DNA from: Octopus bimaculoides
Lineage: Eukaryota
Length of the DNA stretch: 43,129 nt
Direction: 5' to 3'
Assembly (NCBI RefSeq): GCF_001194135.2
Contig: NC_068984.1
Location: 101,600,030-101,643,158 of the forward strand
The first letter of the stretch is position 1; each line of letters starts with the position of its first letter. Position numbers and translations under genes: made by a program. Below are positions 22,701-34,745 of this stretch, piece after piece. Under the pieces are notes generated by a model. It had not been told where the DNA came from. It made no database searches and saw nothing but the letters and a program-made list of their open reading frames with translations.

Positions 22701-24070
22701 CTTGAAGAATAGCTGAGAAAAGGCTTAGACAACTAGAGACATGTAGCACTTGAAAAGACCCAACCATCACAGCAAAGCTGAGGTTCTGAACGCCTCATCA
22801 TCATCATCGCTATTTAACATCCACTTTCTATGCTGGCATGGGTTGGACATAATGAGTATATTTAATCTGAGTCCCTTATCCAGTTTCCTCGTCAAGCCTT
22901 CCCTACCACCAATCATCACTCTGTCACTGAGCCCACCATCACTTACCTAACTGCAATATTCTGTTGTTGTAATTAAATGGTTTAAATTAATTCGTCACCA
23001 TCTTTCTCTATGATACCAGTTATCTTTCCCACAACCTGGAACCACTTCATTTCCATCTTTTATTCTTCACATTGTCCTTCTCTATCCACATTTCCTCTTC
23101 ATCATCCTCTGTCCTGCCAAAATATCAATCCCTCTCTATCACTATACATCTCTTACTCTCACCACACACTATATCTATCTCTCCTTATGCTCTCTTGCAG
23201 CCTACTCACCCATATCTCACCTTCTCTCATCCTTCTGCAGTCTGCTATATTATTATTACTATTTTACTGCTCTTTTCCCCTTTCTGTACTACTTGTCACC
23301 ACCTACTCTTGCCTACCATCCCATTGACTCATATCTATTACTAATCTCCCCTCAACCTTTGTTCATTATTCATTATATTCACTCCCACCATATTCTTACT
23401 CCATCTCTGACTATCCCTCACTCTTTCCATACATTCTTGCAACCTCTACTCTTCTACCCATCTTTCCTCTTCTTAAATCCCCATTCCTATTCACCTCCTT
23501 GTATCCTGAGGGCTCACCTTCACATCTCATCAGCATCATCTTTGTCTTTCTTTCCAGCTCTACTCTGATTATTCCTATCTACACTTCTGTCATGTGAGTA
23601 ACCATGAATCTCTTCTACAGTAAGAAACTTACCTCACTCATGTTGGTGCCATGAAAAAATACCCAGTTACACTCTGTAAAGTTGTTGGGATTAAGAAGAG
23701 CATCCAGCAGTAGAAACCATGTCAAAACAGACATTGGAGCACAATGCAATTCTCTGACTAATCAGAACCTGTTGAGTCATCCAACCTATTGCAGCATGGA
23801 AGATGGGCGTTAAATAAGGATGAAGATGATGATGATGATGAATGTTTTTTTTTTTTTACATTTTTACTCTAAGCATGGTAGTCATTTAGATGACTTATTT
23901 TAAAGCCGGATGACTACTCTGCATTTAAATCTTGCCGTGACTTCATCCATTTGCTAAATCTGTGAGTTGCCTTCAAGTAGATTAGTGGCAGCTTCTGAAA
24001 CAAATCTGTTGATGCTTAGTTAATTCCCTTGAGACATTTAACAATAACAACACTGTTCATTTTCATTTAC

Positions 24071-24213
24071 CTGGGAAATTTTTGAAAAAATCTCTGAGTT
24101 GTTGATTTATTTTTTGATGTTGAAGGAGGAGAATCAAAGTTCTTTACAAAATGAGAACACAAATTGTCAAATATGTGTACTGAGATGGAGAAACAGTTCA
24201 GTTGGTAGGAGAT
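24071..24213 (-). CDS. CFAP54: CFAP54 exon: ISYQLNCFSISVHIFDNLCSHFVKNFDSPPSTSKNKSTTQRFFQKFP(R)
   Basis: Acceptor ttttacag|, donor AG|gtaaat; 143 nt, phase 0 to 2. Resembles human VAYQVGNYELAKKVFSPVWDYFV. Confidence 0.88.
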
Positions 24214-24312
24214 CTGTAAAATAAATAAGAAACTATAATATCCATATATATATATAAGAAATTAAAAAAGGAAAATACACACACTTTACATAGTTTTAAT
24301 ATAATTTTTAAT

Positions 24313-24347
24313 ATATCGACCGGTTTCGCTTTCGCTATTCATGATAT
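24313..24347 (-). ncRNA. Minimal type I hammerhead ribozyme motif with A3/U8 core variant, at the 3' end of a Penelope-like remnant
   Basis: AUAUC-AUGAAUA-GC-GAAA-GC-GAA-ACCGGU-C-GAUAU: 5-bp stem I, 2-bp stem II with GNRA loop, GAAA, palindromic ACCGGU in place of stem III, GUC cleavage triplet. Confidence 0.65.
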
Positions 24348-24794
24348 TATGGTTTACTTATTTGAATATGTATTTTCATGAGAAGAAATTTTTGTCCATG
24401 TTGCGTGTGATATACAAGTGAATGACTTCACAAGTAGAAAAATAAGGGGAGGTAATTGGTTATCGTTATTGTTGTTGTTGTGGGCAAGGGAGATAAATGT
24501 TCAGCTTTCGGTAAGGGGAGGGGAATATATATGTACGCACAAAAAAAAGTTTCAGAAAACTTGTTTAATGAGAGGATTTATGTACAGTGATGTAATTGTG
24601 AATTGAAATATGTAAAAAGATAAAGGTTAGTTATGTGTGCATATTAAGACGTGTTCTGTATTTTTCAATGAAGAAAAGTTTCTTTATTTAAACGTTCTTG
24701 TGGAGATATTGTGTCTTTGCACTGGTAGAAGGGGAAGACTGTGAAATTTGGTTTGATGTTATCTGCACATCTTTCTATATGTTCACTGAGTTCC
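24313..24794 (-). mobile_element. Penelope-like element 3' remnant (GIY-YIG C-terminus, 3' UTR, hammerhead)
   Basis: Translates as LSEHIERCADNIKPNFTVFPFYQCKDTISPQERLNKET, then with one frameshift FFIEKYRTRLN, typical of PLE endonuclease ends; the hammerhead lies downstream. Confidence 0.75.
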
Positions 24795-25107
24795 TTTCGA
24801 GTGTTGGGCCTCATGGAGGCAATGACCAAAACCTTTGGCATTATGTTGTGCTTGAGAAGACCCTTCAAGCTGGTCACACAAATCGGCACCTGCACTGGTA
24901 GCATGTAAACACACCCCGGTGACATGCAATTGGCACGTAGAAACATCCATTACACTCTTGGAGTGGTTGGCGTTAGGAAGAGCATCCAGCCGCAGAAAAC
25001 CATGCCACTTCAGACTAGAGTCTGGTGCAGCCTTCCAGCATGCCACCTCAATCAAACCGTCCAACCCATGACAGCATGGACAATGGATGTTAAATGATGA
25101 TGATGAA
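24795..25107 (+). mobile_element. RTE 3'-end repeat with (GAT)n tail
   Basis: GLMEAM...LWHYVVLEKT, then ggttggcgttaggaagagcatccagc...aacccatgacagcatgga...gatgatgatg. Confidence 0.8.
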
Positions 25108-25294
25108 GATAATGTCATATTTTATATCCAGTAAATTTCACATCATTCAAATGCATTTTGTGCTTATACAGCTTCAAAGTTTGATTTTGTATATTTATGT
25201 ACATAGGAACTTTTATGGATTTCAATATAACATTAAAGATGTCATTTACAAGATATTACATCAAAACATTTGTTAATGCAAAATTTATTCTTAC

Positions 25295-25477
25295 CTGACA
25301 CAGAAATACGTATGTTAAAGGTATAGATAATGAGTTGGACACAAGAATTGGTGTAGTGCTATCTCCAATATTATCTCCAATTAGTTTACCATCACTGGTG
25401 TAAGCACCCAATGCAAAAACATACTGTTGGTTAGTTTTCATACCTGTCACTATAATTTCTTTGTAGCTTGCAGGTAT
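25295..25477 (-). CDS. CFAP54: CFAP54 exon: IPASYKEIIVTGMKTNQQYVFALGAYTSDGKLIGDNIGDSTTPILVSNSLSIPLTYVFLCQ
   Basis: Acceptor atgcag|, donor CAG|gtaaga; 183 nt. Strong match to remembered human GLETNEKYVFAVAAYSNNGKLVGGAIGETTKPILV...FLTQ. Confidence 0.95.
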
Positions 25478-27289
25478 CTGCATCAAATAGAGTAATTTAT
25501 TTCAAACAATAAATCTAATAAAATCCCCAAAACATTTGTATTATTGGTAAATAACAACGGATTTTATTTGTGAATTTTTAAAGTTGTAAATAGTCACATA
25601 TTTTAAAATCTGAAAATTTTGCTTTAGACCAAAAAATAATTTGGCAAGATTTGAACATAGAACATGTGTGAGTAAACTAAATATTGTAAAACATTTTGTT
25701 CAGTATTATACTATTTTTTTCGATTTATCCTACTTTATAGCTGGTATTTTATCAATCTCTGTGGGATTTGAACTCAGATAGTAAAGAGATGTAAGAAATG
25801 ACAATGAAAAACTAATTCCTTGAGCTATATTTGAAGTATCAAATACATGAAAAATGAGCGTCCTTCTAAATAAATACTACAAATAACTTGTTCAATAAAT
25901 CTGGGACTTGTCTGCAACAATTACATAAACTGAGGCATATAAAAGTCAATGTCTTACCAATAAATACCACAAATTTGCAATGGATAAAAAAACTCATGAC
26001 TTTGGATCTGGTTGTCTATTTCTTTTACTTGACTATATCAATCTTACATAATAATATCTCAAAAATATAGAATCTTTGCATGCATTTTAAGGGTAAAATA
26101 ATAAGAAATTCCCAAGAATTACTGAATTAAATATTTTGAATTTTACCATTAAGCATCTTTTATATATCTTAAATCTAAATTATGAAGTGATAATGGGATT
26201 TCTTCAACTATGTTATGACTTCACTGTATATTAGGAGAGTCATTATGCCAATAGCAAACACATGTATAGGTTCAATTTCACTTCCTTATTATTCATAGGA
26301 GGACATGTCATTGAAGAGGGTATGAAATGCAACAAAAGGACTTTGACAAACACAGCTGAATGATTAATCAAACAATCAATTACTTAGTTGCTTAAATAGT
26401 TAACTACTTAATGAATAATAAAATTGAATTAGTATGTGTACATGTTTATTATTGGTATAATGATGTTCCCAAGATGCAACAAAATCTGTTCCAACACATA
26501 GGTTCACATGAAGAATCTTGCAAACCAAAACCAATATATCATGACAATTAGTTTTCAATTAGTTCTAAAAACATAATCAATAGCCAAAACTTTATTTAGA
26601 AAATGACTATTGAATGCAAATTGTATTTGAGCATTAGCTCATTTATATTTCTACTTCTATGTTGGAAGGTTTACAATAATCCCACTCCTGTTTTATGATA
26701 TAAGTAAGACCCAATATTTTCATGTCTGTTTTAACTATTCCATTCCACACTTCCTTGTTATATTTGTAATATCGTTCCTTCTGCCCCAATGCCATTTCTA
26801 TACCCAGGATCCAGATCACATTCCGTTATTAGTACAGTTGTGTTTCTTACATATAATAGCCCATGCCTTAGATATTCAATCAGTTGCTCAGCCTTTTCCT
26901 TGTATATTTCTGTCATTCTGCAGTAATAACCTCTTCTCTCCCATCACCCTCATCCTATATCCTACCATTCCATTTCATGACTTTCTTTCACAGTCACTTT
27001 TACACTTCTTGCTTTGTACTTTTTCTCACCTACTTTATTTTTCAACATTACAAAGGTTACAATAAACACAGAATAAATACTCTAAGCAGGTGATACAATA
27101 AACACATCTTGCCTCCACTGTTATACAAGCTGTCTCAAAGGAAATCCAGCTGTAAAATATAAGGTTAAATGTATCAAGAAATGTGATTCTTCCTATATGC
27201 TACATTTTTCATTCTGTTTGTTAAAAAATAAAATACGATAAAATCAAAAGTTTAATCAAAATTTCAAATAGATAGTATAAAAATATTAC

Positions 27290-27382
27290 TAAGTTTCCTG
27301 TTCCAGGTACTGGAGTATCATTTAATCTGACTTTATTATAGCTGGTTGTTATAATTTGAGCAAACAGCCGATACCAGCACAC
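27290..27382 (-). CDS. CFAP54: CFAP54 exon: VCWYRLFAQIITTSYNKVRLNDTPVPGTGNL
   Basis: Acceptor atttcag|, donor |gtaata; 93 nt, phase 0 to 0. Matches remembered VSWYCILG...YGKVRLNN...PNSGEA. Confidence 0.92.
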
Positions 27383-28374
27383 CTGAAATATAGATTTAAA
27401 AAAAGGATGTTTAATTCTTGAAAAATAGAAAGACAATGGTAACTAATATTTAAATCTGTGGACAAAACTGAAAGAAAAAGTGACAAATGTATTGACTGAA
27501 GTTGAATGTTTAGTTAAAAATCCTTTGAAGACTCAACAAATGATATTTTTTGGCATCTATTCTGCAGTTTATCATCATCATTTAATGTTCGTTTTCCATG
27601 CTGGCATGGGTTGGATGGTTTGACCAAAACTGGTAAGGCCAGAGGCTGTACCAGGCTCCATTGTCTGTTCTGTTACGGTTTCTACTGCTGTATGCCCTTC
27701 CTAATGTCAGCCAATCCACAGAGTTTACTGGGTGCTTTTTATGTGGCACCAGCAGCAGTGCTTTTAACATGGCATTGGCATGAGTGCTTTTTATGTGGCA
27801 CCATTATCAATTCTGCTGTGGCAGATAGGTCTTCTTGAGTACAGCAATGTGCAAGATATCTTGGTTCTTAGTCATCTCCTTCATAAGGCTCAGTGTCTTG
27901 GAGATCAGCCTTCATATGAAATAATTTTTCATTATATATTTAATTTTTATGTAGCAATATCAATTAAAATTATAATGAACAGTTTAATATTTTTTTAAAT
28001 CACAGGGTTACTCACAGGGTTAGCGCTATCTCTGGGCTGCTATGATATTAAATGGATGAGAGAGAAATATCTATCAGAATAAGACATTGGTCAATCTCAT
28101 ATAGGTTTTCCTATAAGAAGAGTTTAACTGAGCTCTGTAAGCAGCTAACAATGACTCCACTGTCTACTATCAGCTACAGGACTTAAATATAGCTAGACAG
28201 ACTTGGTTAATTACTGCTAGTTATCTTGAACACAGACAAAACTCAATAGTAGTGACAGTATGGGAAATGCTGAATCTCTGGGTTATGACTGGTTATTCAG
28301 GACTCTACCCATTAAGTCATTGCTGATCCCTCAGGCAAAATCAAAATAATATTTACAAAAGATAAAGAAGGGTG

Positions 28375-28510
28375 CCGGGATGGCTGTGTGGTAATAAGTT
28401 TGCTTCCTGACCACATGATTTGGGTACAGACATGTGTCTTCTACTATAGCTGCTGGCCAATCAAAGCCCTGTGAGTGGATCTGGTAGATAGAAAGTGAAA
28501 GAAGCCATCA
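28375..28510 (+). mobile_element. SINE family A, 5' half (3' half at 30085-30325)
   Basis: gggatggctgtgtggtaataag...aaagccctgtgagtggatctggtaga...gaagcc, interrupted at the microsatellite by an RTE fragment. Confidence 0.7.
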
Positions 28511-28532
28511 TATATACATACATATATACATC

Positions 28533-29893
28533 ATCATCGTTTAACATCCGTTTTCCATGCTGGCATGGGTTGGATGGTTCGACTGGGGGTCTGGGAAGCC
28601 GGGTGGCTGCACCAGGCTCCAATCTGATCTGGCAATGTTTCTATGGCTGGATGCCCTTCCTAATGCCAACCACTCCGAGAGCGTAGTGGGTGCTTTCTGC
28701 ATGCCACCGGCACAAGGCCAGAGGGGGCTGGCATCAACCACGTTCAGGGAGCCAGACAGGCAATGCTAGCATCAGCCACAACTACAATTTCCATTTGATT
28801 GTGGTTTGATTTAATTTTGATGTTAATGTACTTGACTCAATAGGTCTCCTCAAGCACGGCATGTCGCTCTACGATCCAAAGGTACTTTTTTGAGTGGGCT
28901 AGTTATGCGTCACTGGTGTAGGCTACAGCTGTGATCTCACTTTATTTGCCAGATCTTCTCAGTCACAGCATATCTCCAAAGGTCTCGGTCTTTCATCATT
29001 GCCTCTGTAAGGCCCAACGTTTGAAGGTCATGCTTCACCACCTCATCCCATGTGTTCCTGGGTCTCCCTCTACCACAGGTTCCTTCCATTGTTTGGGAGT
29101 GGCACTTCTTCACACAGCTCTCCTCATCCATCTGTAGTACATGACCATACCAGCGCAGACGTCTCTCTTGCATGCCATATCCGATGCTTCTAATGTCCAA
29201 CATTTCTCTCAGGGTACTTACACTGTTGTGTGTACACACTGACATTACATATACAGCGGATCATACTAGGTTAATTTCCTTCAAGCCTATGCAAGTCTTC
29301 TTCAGCAGTCACAGCCCATGTTTCACTGCCGTGAAGCATGGCAGTTCACACACATGCATCGTACAATCTACCTTTCACTCTGAGCGAGAGGCCCTTTGTC
29401 ACCAGTAGGGATAGAAGCTTTCTAAACTTTATTCTAGTGGTAATGCTCTCTGAGCATCCACCTCCACTACAGACTTGGTCACGTAGGTAGCGGAAGCTAT
29501 CAACTACTTCTAGTTTCTCCCTCTGGCATGTGATGGAATCTGTTTTCTGAGCATTTGTGGTGTTAATTGCCCCTGTGCATCTGCCGCACATGAAAGCTGT
29601 CTTCCCAGTAAATCTTCCTTTGTTATTGCTGCACCACTTATGTGTCCATAGCTTATACTGGGTACATCTTATGGAATTTCTACCTACACCTTTTCTACAG
29701 ATAGAGCAGGGCCATCTACCTGGAAGGGTGTGTGATGTGTTCGCCTTCCCTTACTAGGACTTCAGTTTTTGCGACATTGACTCTAAGGCCCATCAATTCT
29801 AAACCTTGCTTCCACACCTGAAATTTCTTCTCTTGTTCTGGTAGTGATTCTGCTATGAGGGCCAGGTCATCAACATAGAGGAGCTCCCAGGAG
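28533..29893 (-). mobile_element. 5'-truncated RTE-type LINE (RT C-terminal part, 3' UTR, (GAT)n tail)
   Basis: LLYVDDLALIAE, PHD-like CxxC...HxxC...CxxC, VDSFRYL, RRLRWYGHV, GRGRPRNTWDEVVKHDL; frameshifted. Confidence 0.9.
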
Positions 29894-30084
29894 CAACAAG
29901 AAAATGAGATGACAAAGGAAAAAAAATGTTATGTAGTGAACTTTGATGTTTTTTTATAACTGTTTCTTACATTTGTCATCTCATTTTCTTATTATTAGAG
30001 CTCTGCACTCATCTAATGCTTCATTCTGAAGGATACGTATATTGAGTTCTACACCAGGTTTATAGTCTCACAATACCTAAGAAA

Positions 30085-30325
30085 AATGTATGTGTGTGTG
30101 TGTGTGCACACGTGCGTGCGCATGCGTCTTTGTCCCCCACAACTGCTTGACAACCAGCGTTGGTGTTTAGGTCCCCATAACTTAGTGGTTCACCAAAAGA
30201 AACCGACAGAATAAATACCAGGCTTTAAAAAAAATGAAGTACTGAGGTTAATTCATTCGAATAAAAATTTTTCAAGGCAGTGCCCCAGTATGGCCACAGT
30301 CTAATGACTGAAACAAGTAAAACAA
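30085..30325 (+). mobile_element. SINE family A, 3' half
   Basis: (GT)n...tttgtcccccacaactgcttgacaacc...gactgaaacaagtaaa. Confidence 0.75.
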
Positions 30326-30351
30326 TAGAAGAGAAAAGAGAGATATTATAC

Positions 30352-30546
30352 CTTTTCACCAGAAGATGGATTGAATTTGGCAGGTTTAAATGCTAATGCT
30401 GATGGTGACCGCCATAAAAGAATAGGAGGCAATGGCACGTTCCTCTCTGGTACAGTGGGTTTTTTATCAAGCATGTAGACACTATTGTTAACTTCATACA
30501 TTTTGGACTCTTCTTTCTGGAACTTTATTAAAGAATCCAAAGATTT
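30352..30546 (-). CDS. CFAP54: CFAP54 exon: KSLDSLIKFQKEESKMYEV...RNVPLPPILLWRSPSALAFKPAKFNPSSGEK
   Basis: Acceptor actttcag|, donor AAG|gtataa; 195 nt, phase 0 to 0. VPLPPILLWRS...FKPA matches the remembered CFAP54 motif VPPPPILLSRT...LKPAPF. Confidence 0.92.
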
Positions 30547-31324
30547 CTGAAAGTAATTATGAAAAGAAAAGTTGTTTTAATTATTAAAAGATAAGTTGTG
30601 AGTTCATTAGTAAATCTCAGTAATGGGGTATCTATATTGAAAAATGGAGTAAAAAGCAAAAGATAGTGTTTTAACAGGTGTCAGATATAGTAAAATGCTA
30701 ACCCAAATGCCTTATACTATTTTGTCTCTCCATCTACATTCTGAGTTCAAATCCTGCTGGAATTAACTTTATCCTTCATCCTGCAGAGACCAACAAAGGT
30801 AGACTGGACAGAGACCAACAAAACCTATGATAATGATTTATGAGATTATAAACCTCGCTTTTAGAAATTAAACATATTTTTAATATTCATATTTATAATG
30901 TGTTTCACTGGTTTTGATCTTTGACTATCATCAACTTTCTTATTCCTAACTATGTACATAGTAAGGGACTGGACTTCTGTCCAGTCTGGGACTATGTACA
31001 TATCTAGGAATAAGACAGCTGATGACAATTTGAAGATCAAATTGGTCAAAAATTTAGAGTAAATATTCTAAAATGTTTTATCTCTAAAGTTAATAAACTG
31101 AAAAAGTATAAACTTATTAACATCAACTAATCCCAGATATTGGAAGATTTTAACATTATTCAGTTCAAAATCTCTTATTCCGATCATCTTTAAAATAGGT
31201 CAAAGCTATAGCTAAGTATGATTTTTGTTACAATTGGCTTCTATTGACAAAAATCAGATTTGTGCCATACCATGTACCTGAATAATTGAATTTTAAAATA
31301 AGACAGTATTTATATTGCTATCTA

Positions 31325-31540
31325 ATATTGATTTCAAATTTTGGCACAAGGCTAGCAGTTTCAGGGAGGAGATATGTCAACTATGTCAACACCAGCACTC
31401 AACCGGTACTTATTTTATCAACTCCAAAATGATGAAAGGCAAAATCAACCTCAACAGATTTTGAGCTCAGAACATAAAGACGAACAAAATGCCACTAAGC
31501 ATTTTGCCCAGCATGCTAACAATTCCACCAGCTTGCTGCT
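31325..31540 (-). mobile_element. SINE family B (degenerate)
   Basis: Same core as 15605-15821: ggtacttattttatc...gatgaaaggcaaa...ttgagctcagaac...ccactaagcattttgccc. Confidence 0.8.
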
Positions 31541-32677
31541 CTATATCGATTTCTAATGTAAAACCTGTTTATTGCAATTGTTTCAACAATATACTGATGT
31601 TTATTTTTTTTCCCCTTTTGTTATCACCATCACTGCTGTTACCATCATTGTCAACATCCACACCATTATCTTCCTCATCATCAGTGCCATTATTGCCAGC
31701 ACAAACACCATCATCATCATAAACATTGCTATTATTTTTAGTAGTGTAATTCTTCAAGCTTTCAGCAAACTATGATTGTGCATTTATAATATTTCACCAT
31801 CAATTGACAAAAATAAGACAAGAGTAGACTTTTTATTCTCTTCTCTTGATCACAGTTCTTTTGCTAAGTATTTAATCACTTCCTAATCATACTGCTGCAA
31901 ACCACCAAATCATAGCAGCCATTCATCTGATCTGCCACTTAAAATTTTGAAATATGAAAGTAGAGAGAAGTTATACCTCACCAATTTTGTAATAAAACAG
32001 AACATTGATTCCTTTGACTGACCAAGATGTGAGATGACTGACAAAATTCACTTAGAATCAGGGTTATTAAAAGAAGTATTTTACAAAAGATTGGGATAAC
32101 TGAACAATCTTTCATTTGTTCCACAATGCTGTGGTTGTAAGGCACAAATAAACATTGCTCTTATCTTGAGATGCATTCAGCAGCTGTAAATCCAAGTGTC
32201 AGGTTACAGGAACCAGCAAAAACTTGACAACTGTACCCTTACATGCTCTCTACTTGAGCTTCTGGCCAGAAAGAACTACTCCCCTAAAATCGTTCCCCAA
32301 AACACGTCCGTCCAACTCAATGCATTGCAAAGAAAAGTGGTCATTTAAACATGGTGCTTCTTGATGTGACATCAATTCCCTTCGCTTCCAGTCCTACATC
32401 CTCGTTACTCGCTTCATTCCTCCATAAATGCTTAATTTAGTGTAATGACAGTTGCTTCCCTTATGGAGGACATACCTCAGGACTATATCCCCATGACCCT
32501 CTCAAGAATATTCTGTGGAGATGATGGGTAGATGGATGGATACTTAATTTTGTTGCTCATTTGAATAAGTTAAATTGGCTACTTTTATGCTCTACACCTT
32601 TTAGGGAAAATACTAAGCTAACTAAGAACCATTATACAACAATTCACTTCATACAAAAATACATAGGCAGAGCTTAC

Positions 32678-32809
32678 CTGTAATATTTCTTTTTTTGATT
32701 CATCTGACACCACAGCAGCTTGCATTTTCAGGAGGGATTTCATCAAATTATGGGAGCCACATTCATTCAGTAACATCTCATAAGTGACCGTGAAAGTGTC
32801 TTCTTTTTT
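32678..32809 (-). CDS. CFAP54: CFAP54 exon: KKEDTFTVTYEMLLNECGSHNLMKSLLKMQAAVVSDESKKEILQ
   Basis: Acceptor catttcag|, donor CAG|gtaagc; 132 nt, phase 0 to 0. Confidence 0.85.
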
Positions 32810-32934
32810 CTGAAATGTGGAAACCAAAAGAAAATGCTTACTGAAAATTTCTTTTTAAAAACAAGCATAAGATAGTTTGGTTTCTTCTTAATTAACTCAT
32901 TTCTTTCTCACTCGTAGTGATGGTTTAGAATATA

Positions 32935-33830
32935 TACAAGGAGGTACCCAAAAGTAATGGGAAACATTCTCTGTGAGACAAGCCCATTGTAGTTTAGGCT
33001 TCTGCTGTTAGAAGCCACTTGATGTGACCCTTGGGCATCAGTCTACCAACCGCAGCATCTTGTAAGGTCATACTGTCATGTGGTGCGTCTTTGTTTTGCA
33101 GTGCTTCTCCCTTGTTCATTGATTTTTGTGGTGGCTGAAATGAAGGAACAGCATGCTTGCATGAAATTCTGTTTTCTGCTATGGAAAACAGTGGTCAAAA
33201 CAGTTGTCATCCTTCAAACAGCTTACAAGGATGCTGCCATGAGCAAAACACAAGTTTATGATGGTTTTCATGCTTTAGGAATGATCACTTGTCGCTTGAA
33301 GATAAACTTCATTCAGAGCAACTGTTGACCTGAATGAATGAAAACATCATGGAAATTCATGAACAGATTTTGGGGGACCATTGCTGAACAATTGACAAAC
33401 TTGTTGATATGACTGGTGTATCCTGGAGCTCCTGCTAACGAATTTTGAGCAAGATATTGTGGATGAAAAGAGTTGCAGTAAAATTTGTGCCTTGCTTTCT
33501 CACAGAAGATCAAAAGCAGTCACAACTGAATGCATGTCATGAACTGAAAGAGCAGTTGGAAGTTGATCCAGACCTTTTTTCGAAGGTCATCACTGGTGAT
33601 GAAGGCTGGTACTTTGGGATTAACAGATGTGGAAGAGGTGAAGAAAAAAAATGACAGAGGTGTTAAAAGGCATCACTTCACAAGAGTTCCAGGACTGCTT
33701 CAGACAGTGGAAAATGCATCTGGATTGATGCATTGCTTCAAATGGACAATACTTTGAAGTCAATAAAAATGTAAACATGTAAAAGTAAGTGAATGAAACT
33801 GCAAAATTTCTTTTGAGTACCCTTTAATAT
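32935..33830 (+). mobile_element. Decayed mariner element
   Basis: TIR-like ggaggtacccaaaag / ttttgagtaccc; MKEQHACMKFCFLL, KFVPCFLTEDQK, DPDLFSKVITGDEGW. Confidence 0.88.
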
Positions 33831-33834
33831 ATAT

Positions 33835-34220
33835 GTATCTTTTATCTTTTACTTGTTTCAGTCATTTGACTGCAGCCATGCTGGGGCCAACAAATCAACC
33901 CCAGGACTTATTTTTTTGAGCCAGGTACTTATTCTATCAGTCTCTTTTGCTGAACCACTAAGTTACAGGGCTGTAAACACACCAACATCAGTTGTCAAGT
34001 GGAGGGAGGGGTATAAACACAGACACAAAGGCACACATTAATATATATATATATATATATATATGGGGTTCTTTCAGTTTCTGGTTATCAAATCCACTCA
34101 CAAGGCTTTGGTCAGCCTGAGGCTGTAGTAGGAGACACTCGCCCAAGATGCCATGCAGTGAGGCTGAAAATGAAACCATGTGGTTGGAAAGCAAGCTTCT
34201 TACCACACAGTCATGTCTGC
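33835..34220 (-). mobile_element. SINE family A
   Basis: ttttacttgtttcagtcatttgactgc...gcaagcttcttaccacacagtc; reverse complement of the family A head and tail. Confidence 0.85.
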
Positions 34221-34251
34221 AGCTATATATGTATACACACGTTTATACATA

Positions 34252-34291
<40 letters not shown>

Positions 34292-34424
34292 GCCAGATAA
34301 CTCTATACCTCCTCTACAGCAAGACTTCTGTCTCTGTCTCATTGTAACCTTTCATCATCTGACACACACAAGATCACCTCCTCCCATGCCCTCTCCCCTC
34401 TCAAAAGATTTTTGTCTTGCAGGT

Positions 34425-34735
34425 TACTTGGTGACCCTGTCAGTGCAGGCGCCACTTAAACAGCATGCAGTCCACGCTGTAAAGTGGTTGGCATTTGGAA
34501 GGGTATCCAGCTGTAAAAAACCTTGCCAAAACTGACCTCACCTATACTTGTGCCATATAAACAGCACTAAGTGCACTCTGCTAGATGGTTGGTGTCAGGA
34601 AGGGCATCCAGCTGTAAAAATCCTGCCAAAACAGTCATAGAAGTCTGGTGCAGTCTTCTACCTGGTTAGCTCCTGTCAAACCTTCCCACCCATGCCAGCA
34701 TGGAAGGTGGACGTTAAACGATGATGATGATGATA
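34425..34735 (+). mobile_element. RTE-tail repeat ending in (GAT)n, tail-to-tail with the LINE at 34746
   Basis: ...cccatgccagcatggaaggtggacgttaaacgatgatgatgat; internal duplication of ggttgg...aagggcatccagctgtaaaaa. Confidence 0.85.
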
Positions 34736-34745
34736 TATCTATATA

